In this document: piece after piece, positions 35,841-49,187 of the stretch
How positions within the stretch are numbered: position 1 is the stretch's first letter
Layout: each line of letters begins with the position of its first letter
Origin: Dimorphilus gyrociliatus
Taxonomy: Eukaryota; Animalia; Annelida
DNA length: 64,000 nucleotides
Direction of reading: 5' to 3'
Assembly (NCBI GenBank): GCA_904063045.1
Contig: CAJFCJ010000010.1
Coordinates: 1,694,250 to 1,758,249 of the forward strand
Made by a program: the position numbers and the translations under genes
Notes under the pieces: generated by a model
Seen by the model: only the letters and a program-made list of their open reading frames with translations
What the model was told of the DNA's origin: nothing
Database searches by the model: none

Positions 35841-37189
35841 ATGCATATTACTCAAAGAGCTTTTATAAGATGCTTAAAATACCTAGTCGACTATGCTGAC
35901 ATTGTATTTAGTTTCATTTTTGGATGGAAATTATACGAACCTAACTTGGAGGATGTTTTGAAAAGATTAACAAAACAAGAATTAGAATTAATTAGGGAGG
36001 ATAATTTCTTTATGATAAATTTACAAAAAATATTCCAAGAATTACCAAAGATACGTGAGCTGTCTCTAACCGGGCGTTTAATGTTACGAAATAATCTATT
36101 GGCGGCAATTAAGAGACGTTGCAAGTTTGATAGATATGTTAATGAACATCCTGAAATAAAAAAAGTCGAGATAAAGAATCCAGTATTTATTGTGACTTTA
36201 TTTAGAACAGGTAACTCTTGTTTTTATAAAAACGTATATAAATTATGATTCTTATTAAGACGCCCAATTACTCCACAGGAAGTACGTTTTCTCATTGTCT
36301 TCTCAGACAGGATCCAAATTGGTTTGTTACTGAGATTTGGATGCAGCAATTGTTGTGTCCCTCTCCTTCTAATCCTTTATCATCGAAAGATTTAAACAAA
36401 GTAAAAGAATGCCAAAAGAAGATAGACTCCTCTCAGGCCCTTTGTGGATGGAAGAATATCAGGTCCATGCACAACTTAACGGCCAGAGATCCCGAAGATA
36501 TGCATTTTAACATAAGCATTACAGGAGTTCAGTATTGGTACTCCACATTGGACGGGGTGGAAGATTATGTAAATTATATACATAGCCTGCCTAAATGGAG
36601 ATGGGTAGAAATCTATAAAAGAGTTAAAGAGACTCTGCAATGCTCCGCAAAAGATTACCAAGATGCTAGGCCTTTATTAATGAGTCACATAGGCTTAAAT
36701 AACATGGAAGCTTTACTTGAAGTTTTCCCCGACGCCCAATTTATAACATTACACCGAGATCCAGTTAAGTCATTAAATTCAGCCATATCTCTAATATCAA
36801 TATTAAGAGAGGCGTGGTACGTTTACGGTAAACAAAAATTGGATATCCTCCCCGAAAAATTTTTCAATTTGTATATCAAAGAATTAAATGAATATATGAA
36901 ATTAAGGAAGAGAATAGAAGACAGAGACTGCCACCAAAGAAGATTCGTAGATATAAAATTTAAAATTCTATTGGAGAAGCCCATTGAGTGTATGCAAGAA
37001 GTATATAAGAAATTAAATATGAAATGGAGTGATCAAGTTGCTGAGAAAATGCAGTATTATATAAAGAATCAACGTCAACATAAAAAGGCTACTCATAGGT
37101 TTGAGGTTAATAAGGATAAAAGCAAACTATACTATACGGCCTTTCGATCTTATATTGATAAGTTCCAGGTAGATTGCGATATGAAATAG
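35841..37189 (+). CDS. PAPS-dependent sulfotransferase (Sulfotransfer_3 / bacterial Stf3-like family), about 426 aa. Exons 35841-36210, 36279-37189
   Basis: LSLTGRLMLR...HPEIKKVEIKNPVFIVTLFRTG|STFSHCLLRQDP (5'-PSB loop) and FITLHRDPVKSLNS (3'-PB motif). A single phase-1 GT-AG intron joins the two track ORFs. Confidence 0.85.
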
Positions 37190-37479
37190 AGAGTGTTCTT
37201 TTAAATACCAATTAAATACAAAAGAAAACATATAATTTTCAAATATTCTTTGCAAATCTTCTCCTTAATAAAGGATTAAACACTTGGAAAGTTAATATTA
37301 AACTATATTGTATACTGAAATTACGTAGAATTTGAGTACTAGACTTAGGGAATGGACCTTTAGTACGTGAAATATAAGCAGATGTAGCCAAATGGCCAAC
37401 TGTATGAAGATTTCTTTTGTTTACATACGGAACAATAGAACGTGGTAAACTAAAGAAAACTTAGAAGGTATTTTCTCTC

Positions 37480-37518
<39 letters not shown>

Positions 37519-37894
37519 TATATTCTTTCACCTTTATGCGATAGTTCAAGTAAGTAAAAATGTAACTGACAGTCTAAGATATCTACTAAGAAACATCTCT
37601 TAAAGTTGCCTTATTTTTACGTAAACTTATAGATGCTTAAGCACGTTAATGCAATGATTAGTAATATGAACAGACAAATCGTGTTACATTATAACGAAAT
37701 GAAGAGAGAGAGAGAGAGAGAGAGAAAAAAAATAAACAGATAGACAGAGTAGTATGGTAATAAATCGATGAGGAAAAATAGCCTTGACCTTGTGTTATGT
37801 TGGTAGCCGCTAGTATAGAAACGTATATTTTTTCTTCCCACCCTATTCAATATAATCATATCTGATCCGTAAAAAGAATAACTCCTGAGGAATC

Positions 37895-39696
37895 ATGCCA
37901 CAAGATCGAGATATTAGAAAAATTAACGAGGCCAAAGAGGAGTTTGAAGGCGTTGGTTTTAGAGTTAGAAAACCGATCGGAAACTCTCCTATCGATCCAT
38001 TCATCATGATGGATCATGTTGGTAAGCAAAATACGAGATTTTTCGTATTCCTTTCAAATAGATTAAAGGAAGAGAAACAATAGAATATTTCTTTCCTGAC
38101 TACGCTTAAAAAACGAGAGATTCAACTATATTTTCTTCACAGATCCTGACAGATTTGAACCGGAAGAGGCATTCGGCGCCCCTGATCATCCGCATAAAGG
38201 GTTCGTTACGCTCACGTACGTTATAGAAGGTGAAGTGGAACATAAGGATTCTTTAGGCAACACTGGTTTGTACCTTGACAAACAATTCTAGCTTCTCTAA
38301 GTCTATCAAGGCATCTTAAAGTATCATTTGTATTTTCTTATTAAGAGTACAAGCAAATTACCATGGTGCTTAATTATACAGTGTTCTCTTTTTTGTGCAA
38401 AAATTTAGCCATCCTTAAATCAGGAGATGCTCAATTAATAACGGCCGGGAGTGGCATAGTGCACTCGGAAATGCCTTCCGACAATTTCTACAAAAGGGGT
38501 GGTAAAATGGAAGGTTTCCAACTATGGATAAACGTTCCAGCTTTTGTGAGTATTTGTATATTCAGGATACAAGAAAGAGGTGTCGCTTTTATCATTAAAA
38601 GTAAAATGATTAATGTTTAAATTATTCGTTAGACGCTCCCGATATCTTGCTTTTTTCCTCTTTTTTTTTCTATTCAGTCAGCCGTCAAAATAGTAACAAC
38701 AATCATAAAAAGAACAAGAAAATAAGGCTATATTTAAATGCATTAGAAATCGATAAACAAAACAAAAAAACAAACAATAAAGTAATAAAAACTGAATAAA
38801 AAAAAGAAAAAAAAAGAACAAATTGAAACTAGCAAAATCATTTGTAAGATGTCAAAATTTTCGTTCTATTCTACAGAAAAGACTGGCTCCTCCATCTTAT
38901 AATTTGGCGAAAGATGTTAAAATGCGGAATTTATCGGAAAACGTTCAATTAAGAATAGTAGTTGGCAGTTTATTGAATTTTAAAGGACCTCTGGAATGCG
39001 GCGATGTTACTGTTGTAGATATTCGAATGAATCCATTTTCGGATGCAAGATTACCCGTTCCAGAAGGATTTTGCGCTTTTCTCTACGTATGGAGAGGAGA
39101 GGGTAAATTGAAATTTTAATTATCTTATTGTACGTTCCAGCTACACTGTGTCTAGTGGTAAACTTGTGTTCACTATTTCACCTGTATAACATTAATTTTA
39201 GTTACTTTTAATTGGATTTTATTTTTATTTTTTTAATTATCTACATATTAAAAAACGCTGATTTTGTTACATCAATCAATTATTTTTGTAAATGAGGCTT
39301 TTGTTAAAAAAAATTGAGCCGATAGATGGCGTTATTATGCTTGAGAATGTTTGTACAACTTTCTTTCATTGAAATTTAATTTATTCCTTAGGTTTGGTAA
39401 CTGCTGCAAAGAAAGAGATAAAATTGTACGATTCCATCTTCTTTGAGGAGAAAGGTGAAAGTATTGTATTGAAAACGGGAAGAAGTGAAATGAACATAAT
39501 AGTTGGCATGGGAAAGCCTATCGGTGAGCCGTTTCTAAAACGAGGGCCGTTTGTCATGTCGAATCAGCAGGAAATCAATAAAGCTTACGAAGAATACAGG
39601 CAGGGAAAATTGGGAACAATTCCCGGTAAAGAAAGCCGATTGGAACAGGTCGAAAAAGCGGTCGAAAAACATAAAGCTAGACTGGCAATGAAATAA
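37895..39696 (+). CDS. Pirin-family bicupin, about 305 aa. Exons 37895-38021, 38143-38265, 38409-38545, 38877-39102, 39392-39696
   Basis: Motifs [56 protein letters not shown] and [11 protein letters not shown]. Metal ligands H-x-H and H-x-E are present. Confidence 0.92.
39319..39332 (+). promoter_or_regulatory. CTCF-like motif (ccgatagatggcgt) in pirin intron 4
   Basis: Close match to the CTCF consensus in otherwise very AT-rich intron sequence. Confidence 0.4.
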
Positions 39697-41289
39697 TAAA
39701 CTATTAAAGAAAAGAAAAAGAAAATAAAAACAACTTTTAAGCAAAAAATTGTATTCTTTGAAATGCTTTATTTTCAATATTTGTTTTTCAAATTGATACA
39801 TACATATATATATATAATATGCATGTTTATACTGTATAATATAGACGCTATACATAGCACAACAACCCGAAGACACTACATAGAGAGAAGACCAGCAAAT
39901 ATATTTTTTCTTTCTACTTAAACATTTAAAAACAAAAATCATTTTAAAATTTTTGATCATTTTTTGATTTTAAGTCAGATATTTTGTTTTTTTTTGGTTT
40001 GTCTTTTTTTTTAAAACAACACAAAAAAAATGGTAAATCATGGGATTCTTTTTTTTGTGTTTTATATGTTTTTGTTTGTATTTTTTGCGACTTTTACATT
40101 TTTTTCTCTTTAAAGAAACAAGATTATGGGAGAGAGAGAGAGAGAGAGAGAGAGAAAAGAGAAAAAAAACAATGGGAGGAGGGGGGTTTAACATTTATGA
40201 ATATGACAATAAAAATCATATTTTTCCATTTTTTTTAATTAGCAATTTTATAAAAATATAACTTTCAAAATTCGAAAAAGGTTAATGCATTATAATTATT
40301 ATTATATAGAACGATGATAGTGATGATAATGATAATAGTATAGTTAAGGTATGAGGGAGGGAGGGAGGAAGAAAGAGAGAAGACAAAAGTAATGTTATGT
40401 ATTTTTATGTATATACTGTATATTATGAAGAGACTCAAGGCAATAATGAATGAAAAACAAAAACAAACAAAAAACTGAGGAAAACGTTAAAAGTTTCTTT
40501 CCCCCTTTATTTTTGTCTATAAAGCAAAGAAACTTTTGGATAAAGAAAACATATTTTTCGACGCTGTCGTTTTCTTTTATTTTTTTAAAAAAAACAAAAA
40601 AATATTTATATTAAAACTATATGTTCCCCCATTTTTTTGTCCTCTTTCAATAAAGAATTAATAAGAATATAGAACAAAAAAAAAGACTATATTTAATAAA
40701 AAAAAAAAAAAAGTATTGTATATATACCTGTATAAATTGATATACTAATGTACACATATATGTAAGAATGAATTGACATATATCTACACATATGTACACA
40801 TGAAAAATATAAATTAAGTGATGATTAAAAGCGGATATAAAATAAACCAGAAAAATTTGCCTTTTTTTGTTTTTTAGCAGAAGATAAACTCTCCTATTAT
40901 GTTTAAGGAAAAGTTCTCTCTTTTGATATGTAACTCCATTTCTCTTTACTAATAAAGAATAAAATCATTTTAGCCCTAGTAATACGTCATTTATGTGTTA
41001 TTTCTATTATTTTTTCTAGAGTCATGTAATATGCTTGTTAAACGCATATTAGATGTTTTTATACGATTTTGTATTACATATCTACAAATATACATAAATA
41101 CATAAATTAATTTCTTATTCTTTTTAATGGACTAGACTGAAAAAAAGTCTAATTAAGTCTTTTGCTATTCCGGAGATACAAGGAGGAGAAAAAACCGATA
41201 AACTGGCGGAAGAAAATGGCACGCTGAACACAATAGAACTTTTTTTTTTTGCGAACCGCCAAAAAAAGAACGAACAAAAAAAAAGTACA

Positions 41290-41321
<32 letters not shown>

Positions 41322-41346
41322 CTGTATATATACTCTATACAGTGTA

Positions 41347-41387
<41 letters not shown>

Positions 41388-41497
41388 GTATAGTATATAT
41401 ATATCGTAATACAGCTTCTTTCTTTTTTTTTCCAAAAAAAAAAATAATCGAAGAAAAAAAGATTGAAGAGAAGAACTAGAAATTACTTTTGAATCCC

Positions 41498-43410
41498 CTA
41501 AGCCGAAACTGTTTCAACAATTGACTTTTTAATAATCTCACCGAAGTTTGACGAAGGAGTACTGTCAACAACCCCTTCTGTTCCCTCATCTGGAGGATAC
41601 GTTTCGCTATTTTCTGTACTGGCTGGCATCAATTCAGTAAATTCTCTTCCATTGTCAACTATTTGTTGGTTGTCACCACATCTCGACCAGTATTGAGTAG
41701 GAGGTAGAAGAGCAGATATTGGTTCCAGCTTGAATGGAACCTGATTTTGGGATACGACTGGAGGATTATTGACAATCGCTCTGTTCCAGCTATCCTGATG
41801 ATTTTTCACCTCCTTCATCATTGCATTACTGAGCATTAAGTTCTGACAGTCGCAACACGAACCCCGTTCGTTTGAATTGAAGATTGTTTGCGCCGAGTCG
41901 TTTGTAGATTTTTTTTGTATTTCCAATCGCATTAGTGTATGAATAAAGTGTGATCGAACTCGAAGAGGATTAAATTCGATTCTTCCTTGCTGATTGCTGC
42001 ATGATTCCACTATACAGTTACACGGAAACGTCTGTCTATCCACCTGACATTTTATACCTAAAAGTAGACAATAAAGGGAAAAAAAAAAGCCAATTTCAAT
42101 AATTGTTTGCCTCAAACGGAGTAAAATTATTCGTGACTCTTAAATAATTAAAAATCAATAAAACTTTAGGATCAGAGATGAAATATGATTCTTTTCTGTT
42201 GTTTGTTGTTATTTTTTTTATAGATAAACAAACTATTTTTTGGATAATCGAACTCAAAAGGCTTTCATCTCTATGTTTTATATATACTAATATATATATA
42301 TATATATATTTCCCCGTAAATCTTTTTCATCTATTTACCTTCTAATGCGCATTCGCAGGTTTCTGGTAGACAAATTCCACCAGGACAAGAGCAGCCACAC
42401 CTTTCACGAGATTCACGAATATCTTTACATTCATCTTTTTCCTCTGAGTCTACCTTCTTTACACCAGCATCACGTAAGAGTATTCTTCAAATGAAACAAA
42501 GAGAGAGAAAACTCTTTAATAGATTATTAAAACTTGAATAAACAGTGTAAATAAATTTTGAATGACGTCTAAATTGGATATTTGTATCATATTTTAAAAT
42601 TCTTAATGAAATATGTCGCCTCTGGGTAAGGTTGATTTTAAGGAATTTAAAGAATTTGGCATATTTAAAAATAAGATATATAAAATGTTTGAGTTTCGTT
42701 TTTGTTGCTTTTAATAGAACGTAGGGAAATCGGAGTACGGTGAACAAGTAGTTCAGAGCACGTGACCCAACCTATCCAATCAGATGTGAGCTGATGGTTT
42801 AACCCGAGTGCGTATTCTAATTTTTCTGCATCCTCTATTGAGATTTTTGAGTAAAGAAAAAAATATTGAACTAAAATTCGACTAATTACGAATTCTAGCA
42901 ATGAAAAGCTCGATAAACATTGGCATTTTTTTTATAGAGAGCCTGAGGCGTCCAATTTAAGACTTCTTCTGATTTTTAGATCATCAAATTCTATTAAGGG
43001 AGGAAGATTTTTTTGCACTTTCTATAAGCTTACCTCCTTTGTCTTGTTGGAACGGGTTGTAGAAAGTAGTAGTCTTCTAAATTATCTAATATTTTCTCTT
43101 CATCTTCCCCTTCGACAGGAGTAGGTAAATGAGCAGGCAATGTCCCTTTTGCACTTTGTTCCAACAGTATATGAAAATGAGTTTTTTTCCTCATTTCACA
43201 CCAGGAGTCTATGTCTAATGTCTCTTCGTCGTGATGTTCGTTTGCCATGCCCAAAGTTGAACCGCCTTGAGATGGAACGCAAGTGAAACCTTGTTGCCTT
43301 GAAAAGTAAAATACTTGAACATGTTTAAAAGAAACGCTCTTCTTAGCCCGTTTTTCACCCTTTTCACTTTTTTTTGGGTCGTCGTCACTCTGGCTTGCTC
43401 GACGCTTCAT
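41498..43410 (-). CDS. CSRNP: Cysteine/serine-rich nuclear protein (CSRNP/Axud1), about 360 aa. Exons 43034-43410, 42339-42484, 41498-42057
   Basis: [43 protein letters not shown]|[45 protein letters not shown]|[14 protein letters not shown] and [21 protein letters not shown]. Confidence 0.93.
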
Positions 43411-43433
43411 AGTCACCTGCTGATATCGATTTG

Positions 43434-43461
43434 GTTACTATAGTAACATCACATGACGTCA
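43434..43461. promoter_or_regulatory. RFX X-box (gttactatagtaac 43434-43447) next to a full palindromic CRE (tgacgtca 43454-43461), upstream of the CSRNP ATG
   Basis: Perfect palindromes matching GTHNYY-AT-RRNAAC and TGACGTCA. Confidence 0.55.
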
Positions 43462-44067
43462 CATATAACGATTTTTTTTATTAAAATTTTATTTCAACTT
43501 TGACCGACTAAAAGAAGTCATAGACTACACATAAGTAATATACATATAAAAATATTGGCTCGTAATAGGCTATTTTATCACCTGAAAACTTTAATTATAT
43601 GGCCTGTATAGGCCATAGCTTAGGCATAGACTTGAAAATTCAGTTTTAGCCATCGATTTCCAGCAATCGAGAATACGGAGTGAACTAATTAAGCTTATAT
43701 CTTCTATATTATATAATTTTGCTTATTATCTAAGAAATAAGATGAAAATTCTTACCATATTTTTACCCGCGTTTTAAAAATTTACATAGACGCCATTTTG
43801 CGCGTGAAAAACGAGTCCAATATATTTTTGTAGGGGTGTAGGCATTGATTTTAAGTACGAAAATTCGCAAGAATCTAAGAATTTTCGTTACAAAAATGTT
43901 TAAGTGCTCTTCAATGAATTAAGAATAATTTTTAAAGCGAATTTTCACAATTTTTTTTAACAAAAAATATAGCGTGACTACCAAGAATTGGGCCCCGAAT
44001 CGGTATTAATGAAATATTCTTCTATATTCCTATATAAAAATCTCGCGATATCCACTCACAGTTCTAA

Positions 44068-44079
44068 AGGTCAAGGTCA
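44068..44079 (+). promoter_or_regulatory. Nuclear-receptor direct repeat AGGTCA-AGGTCA (DR0, containing TCAAGGTCA) near a probable non-coding first exon of the desaturase (donor at 44163/44164)
   Basis: Exact sequence aggtcaaggtca. Donor ttg|gtaagt at 44163 and acceptor gtaattag|act ATG at 44900 imply a 5' UTR intron. Confidence 0.45.
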
Positions 44080-44903
44080 AGGGAGGCCGGACAGAAGACG
44101 AATTTAATAATACATATTAACATTCTAGAAATAATCGTCAGTTAGACGGACCGACTCGTATTGGTAAGTTGAATATTATCAGTGATTTTTGTATCGGCGC
44201 GGTCAATTTTAACGAAGTACGTGCGTTTTCATATAACATAAATTCTTTACCGTATTGAATATTGCCAAGGTTACTTTTCATACATGGCATGGCAAGCGCG
44301 GAAAGCCGAATACTTTTATTTTGTAACAGCTAATTTATATGAAAGACGTTAGCTAAGGGTTGCCAGATTAAAAAGTAAGGGTAAACTCATCAATGTCTGA
44401 TTACCGAATTACCACGGAGTTAGTTCATTAATATAATCAGACAACCATAAAATAGAGAATTGTAATATGAAAATACCTGAGGCTTTTCACATAAAGTGAC
44501 GTTGAACGTCCTTTCTTTGATTCTATTACTTTTTCTTTGGGCCCTTAATTGCCACTTTATTTTTTGTGTCTTATATATTTTATATCAGTAAGACGTACAC
44601 ACTTTCTGAACTTTACCTAAATCTTAAAATATCCGCCATTTAAGTTTATGAATAATTTGAATATATATTCAGACGTAAATAGTTGACTTTTTCAACATAT
44701 AGATGCTGTATATATAGAAATAAGTGATTCTTTATTATATATACGAATGAATAAATTTATACAGTATATAACTTCATAAAATTTATACTTAGAAGCTAGC
44801 AGCCGATAGAGGTTAAACGTTCCGGCTTTTATTGTAGGTCTTTGCTTACGCTTGTACGATTCTCTTTTTATTCTATTATCATTTCTACATTCGTAATTAG
44901 ACT

Positions 44904-47893
44904 ATGGGTAAAGGAGGTAAAGATATAAAGCGTGATCCCGAAGCAAAAATCGCTTGGGAAGAAGTTAAGAAGCATACAACCAGAGACGACAAGTAAATCT
45001 ATTAAAATGCATATTTTTTATATAATAACCTAATTTTTAAATCTCTTTCTTAAACAGGTGGCTAGTTATTAATAACAATGTTTATGATATTACTCAATGG
45101 AGTAAGAGACATCCCGGTGGTTCCAAAGTAATTAGCCATTATGCTGGACAAGATGCAACGGTTAGGACACATCTTTTTTTTCTTTAGTATAGCAATATCT
45201 CTCAGTTTTTGTATATAAGGATATATTAGTATAAGACAAAAAGTTATGTAATTTTTATCACATGATAAGAATACTCAAATCCCAAAGTACAGTTCAAAGT
45301 ATATGTATATATTCTATATTCTTGTCTACCTTGTGGTAATATCTTTGAACTCGAACTTCACCTTTAATCTTCCAAGAGGAAGTTAATTATGGATATACAG
45401 AGGGGGAAAGGGCACCATTTACGACTTTCTTATAAATTCGCCTCTTACACACATTTTCACTTCGTTTTAGGAAGCCTTCACAGCTTTTCATCCCGATAAA
45501 AATTTTGTTGGAAAATTTTTAAAAAGTATCCAAATTGGTAAAGTGAACGAGAAAGAGTTTCAATATTCGCCAGATGAATCCTCACCGGAGAAGTATAAAG
45601 CAATGAAAGAAGATTTTGAACTTTTAAGACAGAAGGCTGAGAAGAAAGGCTACTTCAAACCAAGCGTAACCTTTTTCGTGTTGAGTCTTCTCCATATTGT
45701 ACTATTAGAACTTTTGGCTTTGGCTATTCTATACAATTTTGGAAATGGTTGGATACCATGGCTAGTTTCAGCCATGTAAGTTTGATACAAAAATAATATA
45801 TATTTCTTTTTACGTCTAACCCGAGATGTCATTTTCAGACTGTTGGCTACAGTTCAAGCACAGGCTGGGTGGTCTCAACACGATTTTGGACATTTATCTG
45901 TCTGTAAAAATTCTTATTGGAATCATTTTATTCACCAATTTACGATGTCTCTAACAAAGGTAAAATAATGCAAACTACTGAAATAAAACTATAGTAATGT
46001 ATTTCGATTGTTAGGGAGCAGCACCGTCGTGGTGGAATCATCTACATTATCAGCATCACGCTAAGCCAAACGTTGTAAGTACTTTGAGAGTTTCACCTAG
46101 AGTTTCTATTTTTTTAAGTATATCTTGTTATCTTTGAAAATTTGTGCTTTTAGTTAATTATTACTAAATACTATTTTCTTGTAAAACAGTTGGAAAAAGA
46201 TCCAGATGTTCGTCTTGAGAAAGTTTTTGTATTGGGAGAGGTTATGCCGAAGAGAATGGCTAAGAAAAAGAATACTATGCCGTACAATTTGCAACATAAA
46301 TATTTCTTTGCAAGTAAGTAGAAATCTGAGTTACAATGTATGTTATTTACAATATGAAAACACAAAAAATTGTTTTCTCCTAAATAGTTGGCCCACCACT
46401 GCTGTTTCCTATCTACTTTCAAATTATGATATTTCGTCATGTTATCCAACGTAAACACTGGCTGGTGAGTTACCCTTCATAATTATTCTCATCTGATAAG
46501 TTTTTCCCCCATAATCTATCAACAAACCACACTTATTATTTCACCATTAATATTGTAATTTTATTGTGATTTTAATATTTTCTTTCATTTGCACCTTTCT
46601 GTTCCAAAGAACTTCGAGTCAGCATGTCAAAAAAAATAAAAACCAAAAACAAACTATGCACACCCAAAGTGAAGATATATATATATTTATATATTTATAC
46701 AGTAGTATATATATATATATATTACTATATATATATATATCTTTAAATTTTAGTTTTTTAATTGTATTCTGGTTGTCCAATTATTTTTGGTTAATGTCGC
46801 AAGTAAAGAGCACAATGTTAGAATAAATAATTAGTACATGTCATGCTGACCGGCTCTCGGCAGAAAGGTGATCTGATTACTGATTTTATCATATCCAGCA
46901 GTCAGATTTTCTTTCTAACCAGGCGCTCGTTATCTTCTACGAAATTTATGTCTTAGGACAAGTTCTCCCCATTTTCTCCCCTTGATTTTTTCGTTTCATC
47001 TTCTCTCAACTTGTCCTATTTCCTTATAATCTCCCATTCTATTTCATATATTAAAATTTTTTATACATCTTATACTTATTTTTAAATGACGAGAATTTTT
47101 TTAAAATAACAATTAATTCTGATTTTTCTTTCTTAAGGACTTGTCACTCATGTTGGTTTTCTATTTCAAAATTGCTACTCTCTATAAAAGTCTACTAGGA
47201 AGCTGGGGAAGTTTATTGCTGTGGTATTTCATTATGAGGTAAATGTCTAAGTCATTTAGTTTTCTTTATAATATGCTTTACGTACTAGATGTAAAGGAAA
47301 AATTTGTCAATGCTTTATTATAGAGTGATTGAGAGTCATTGGTTCGTTTGGGTGACTCAGTCCAACCATATTCCTATGGAAATTGATGATGATAAATCTA
47401 GGGCGTGGCTTCCCCTCCAGGTACACAATTACCCTCGTCATTATGTAACATGTATTATATAATATACCATATGTCAACGAACAGCTGCACGCTACGTGCG
47501 ATATTGAAAAAAGTTACTTTAATGACTGGTTTACTGGTCATTTGAACTTCCAAATAGAACATCAGTAAGTATAACTGAGCGCACGCGCTTTAATCTTTAA
47601 ACGTTGTGGCAGTTCAATTGAATATTATGTTATATCCAGCTTATTTCCAACAATGCCAAGACACAACTTATACAAAGTCAAGGCGGATGTTGAGGCCCTA
47701 TGCAAAAAGCATAACGTTCCGTACGTCACTAAATCTTTAGGGCAAGCTTTTTATGATATTCCAAAGTAAGTTTTTCCGACTTCCTTTATTATTTTTTTTT
47801 GTCAATACGAATGAAAACAATCCGTTTTTTTGTAGAACGTTGAAACATTCTGGAGAGATATGGTACGCCCACTATCAATCCCACCATCATTAA
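44904..47893 (+). CDS. FADS: Front-end fatty acyl desaturase with N-terminal cytochrome b5 domain (FADS1/2-like, delta-5/6/8 type), about 446 aa, 12 coding exons: 44904-44992, 45058-45160, 45471-45775, 45839-45959, 46015-46074, 46190-46313, 46388-46464, 47138-47238, 47324-47420, 47485-47564, 47640-47765, 47836-47893
   Basis: MGKGG start, HPGG heme motif, His boxes HDFGH, HYQHH and QIEHH, plus [10 protein letters not shown] and LFPTMPRHN. All introns are GT-AG and in phase. Regiospecificity cannot be read from the sequence. Confidence 0.95.
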
Positions 47894-49134
47894 ACGCAAA
47901 ATATATATCATCATGAAAGCTCGATTGGAAAGAGAAAAAATATTCTTGTAATAGGCTAAAATATTTTATTTGTGCCATTTCTACAACAAAAATCTGCTTA
48001 CAACATCATTCACTTTGATAACACTATTTTCATTAAAGATTACTAATTATTTACAAATAAACTGTTAAAACTAGTAATTATTTGAACTTTTTAATCTTCT
48101 ATTACTGAAGTTTGTTTGCTTTTAGTTTTTTATATATAAAATTTATGTCATCTGGAAAGAGAAGAGGATCTGTTGTCCTCTTTTGAATTCCTTCTAATTA
48201 CGAAACCTCTTAATTTAATTTTTATATTTCGTATTTAATTAGCCTTTTCTACCAGATGCTTTCTTCTTTTCCAGAATTGTCTACTGCACTCTTTTTTTTG
48301 TCAATTATAGGCTTAATTCACATTTATAACCAGTTCATTGCTACTAATACTTCTAGATAACATAAAAAAAGACGCTCACTTTAAACGAACATCGAGGTTT
48401 GTGTAGTCTAGAAAAAAATACTAATTATCAAGTTTTATGTAACTGATATAAATACAGTACTTTATATTATAGAATTACCTTATTGCACAGATTCTATTAT
48501 TCAATAAGCTAGATTGAAAGAGCTAACAAGGAACGTGGCTTTGTCCTAACGACGTTATATTTTTATCACGTGATTCTAAACAGTGATAGGTAAGCAAATT
48601 GACAATAAAAATTGACTATTTGGTGGAGAAAGTCCAAATTACATATATCAGTTATCTATTGCTGTTGTCTGGTGTTTTTTTTTCTTCTGAGTTTTCAGAC
48701 TCGATAAATGTTTACTAAATGAATAATGTAGGCTATTGGTATTTATGGTTGAATTGAAAATGGAGCCGAAAAAACATTGGATTGCCTTTTTCCTATATAC
48801 AAAATAAACAAAAATAACTTTAAACAACCAATAAGTTTACGCCTTCAAAAGACCTTTACTTTCGGTGATAATCCAACTAATCGTAGGATCTAATTGTCAA
48901 TTCTATTTACACTTATGAGACGTAGACTATGTGTTCAATACACGGTTTTGACTATATTATCTAGTTGTTGATTTTTGAATTGATTAATTAGCTGTAGATT
49001 ATCGAGAAATCAGTTCAAAAGTTCGCTCTTTCGAACTAAGCAATTATTTATATATTCCTTGTCTAAAAGTACTTTGTTTATATAGATATTCTTTTATAAA
49101 AGTTTGCTATAGATTTGATACTTAAATGGTCTGG

Positions 49135-49187
49135 AGCGACATCTGTGTTTAATAGAGTATTTACGGATTGTCGACACCATCTAACGG
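49135..49187 (-). promoter_or_regulatory. Two CTCF-like motifs (49135-49147 cacagatgtcgct; 49174-49187 ccgttagatggtgt, both minus)
   Basis: Similar to the consensus with mismatches. Confidence 0.25.

Noticed and set aside
39535-41479. Track ORFs 39535-39960, 39970-40261 and 41124-41479
   Set aside because: Low-complexity (TA)n, (AG)n and poly-T 3' UTR sequence between the convergent pirin and CSRNP genes.
42665-42901. 78-aa minus ORF inside CSRNP
   Set aside because: The conserved CSRNP sequence runs directly from exon 43034 to exon 42484 (RQRR|ILLRDAGV); this segment is intronic.
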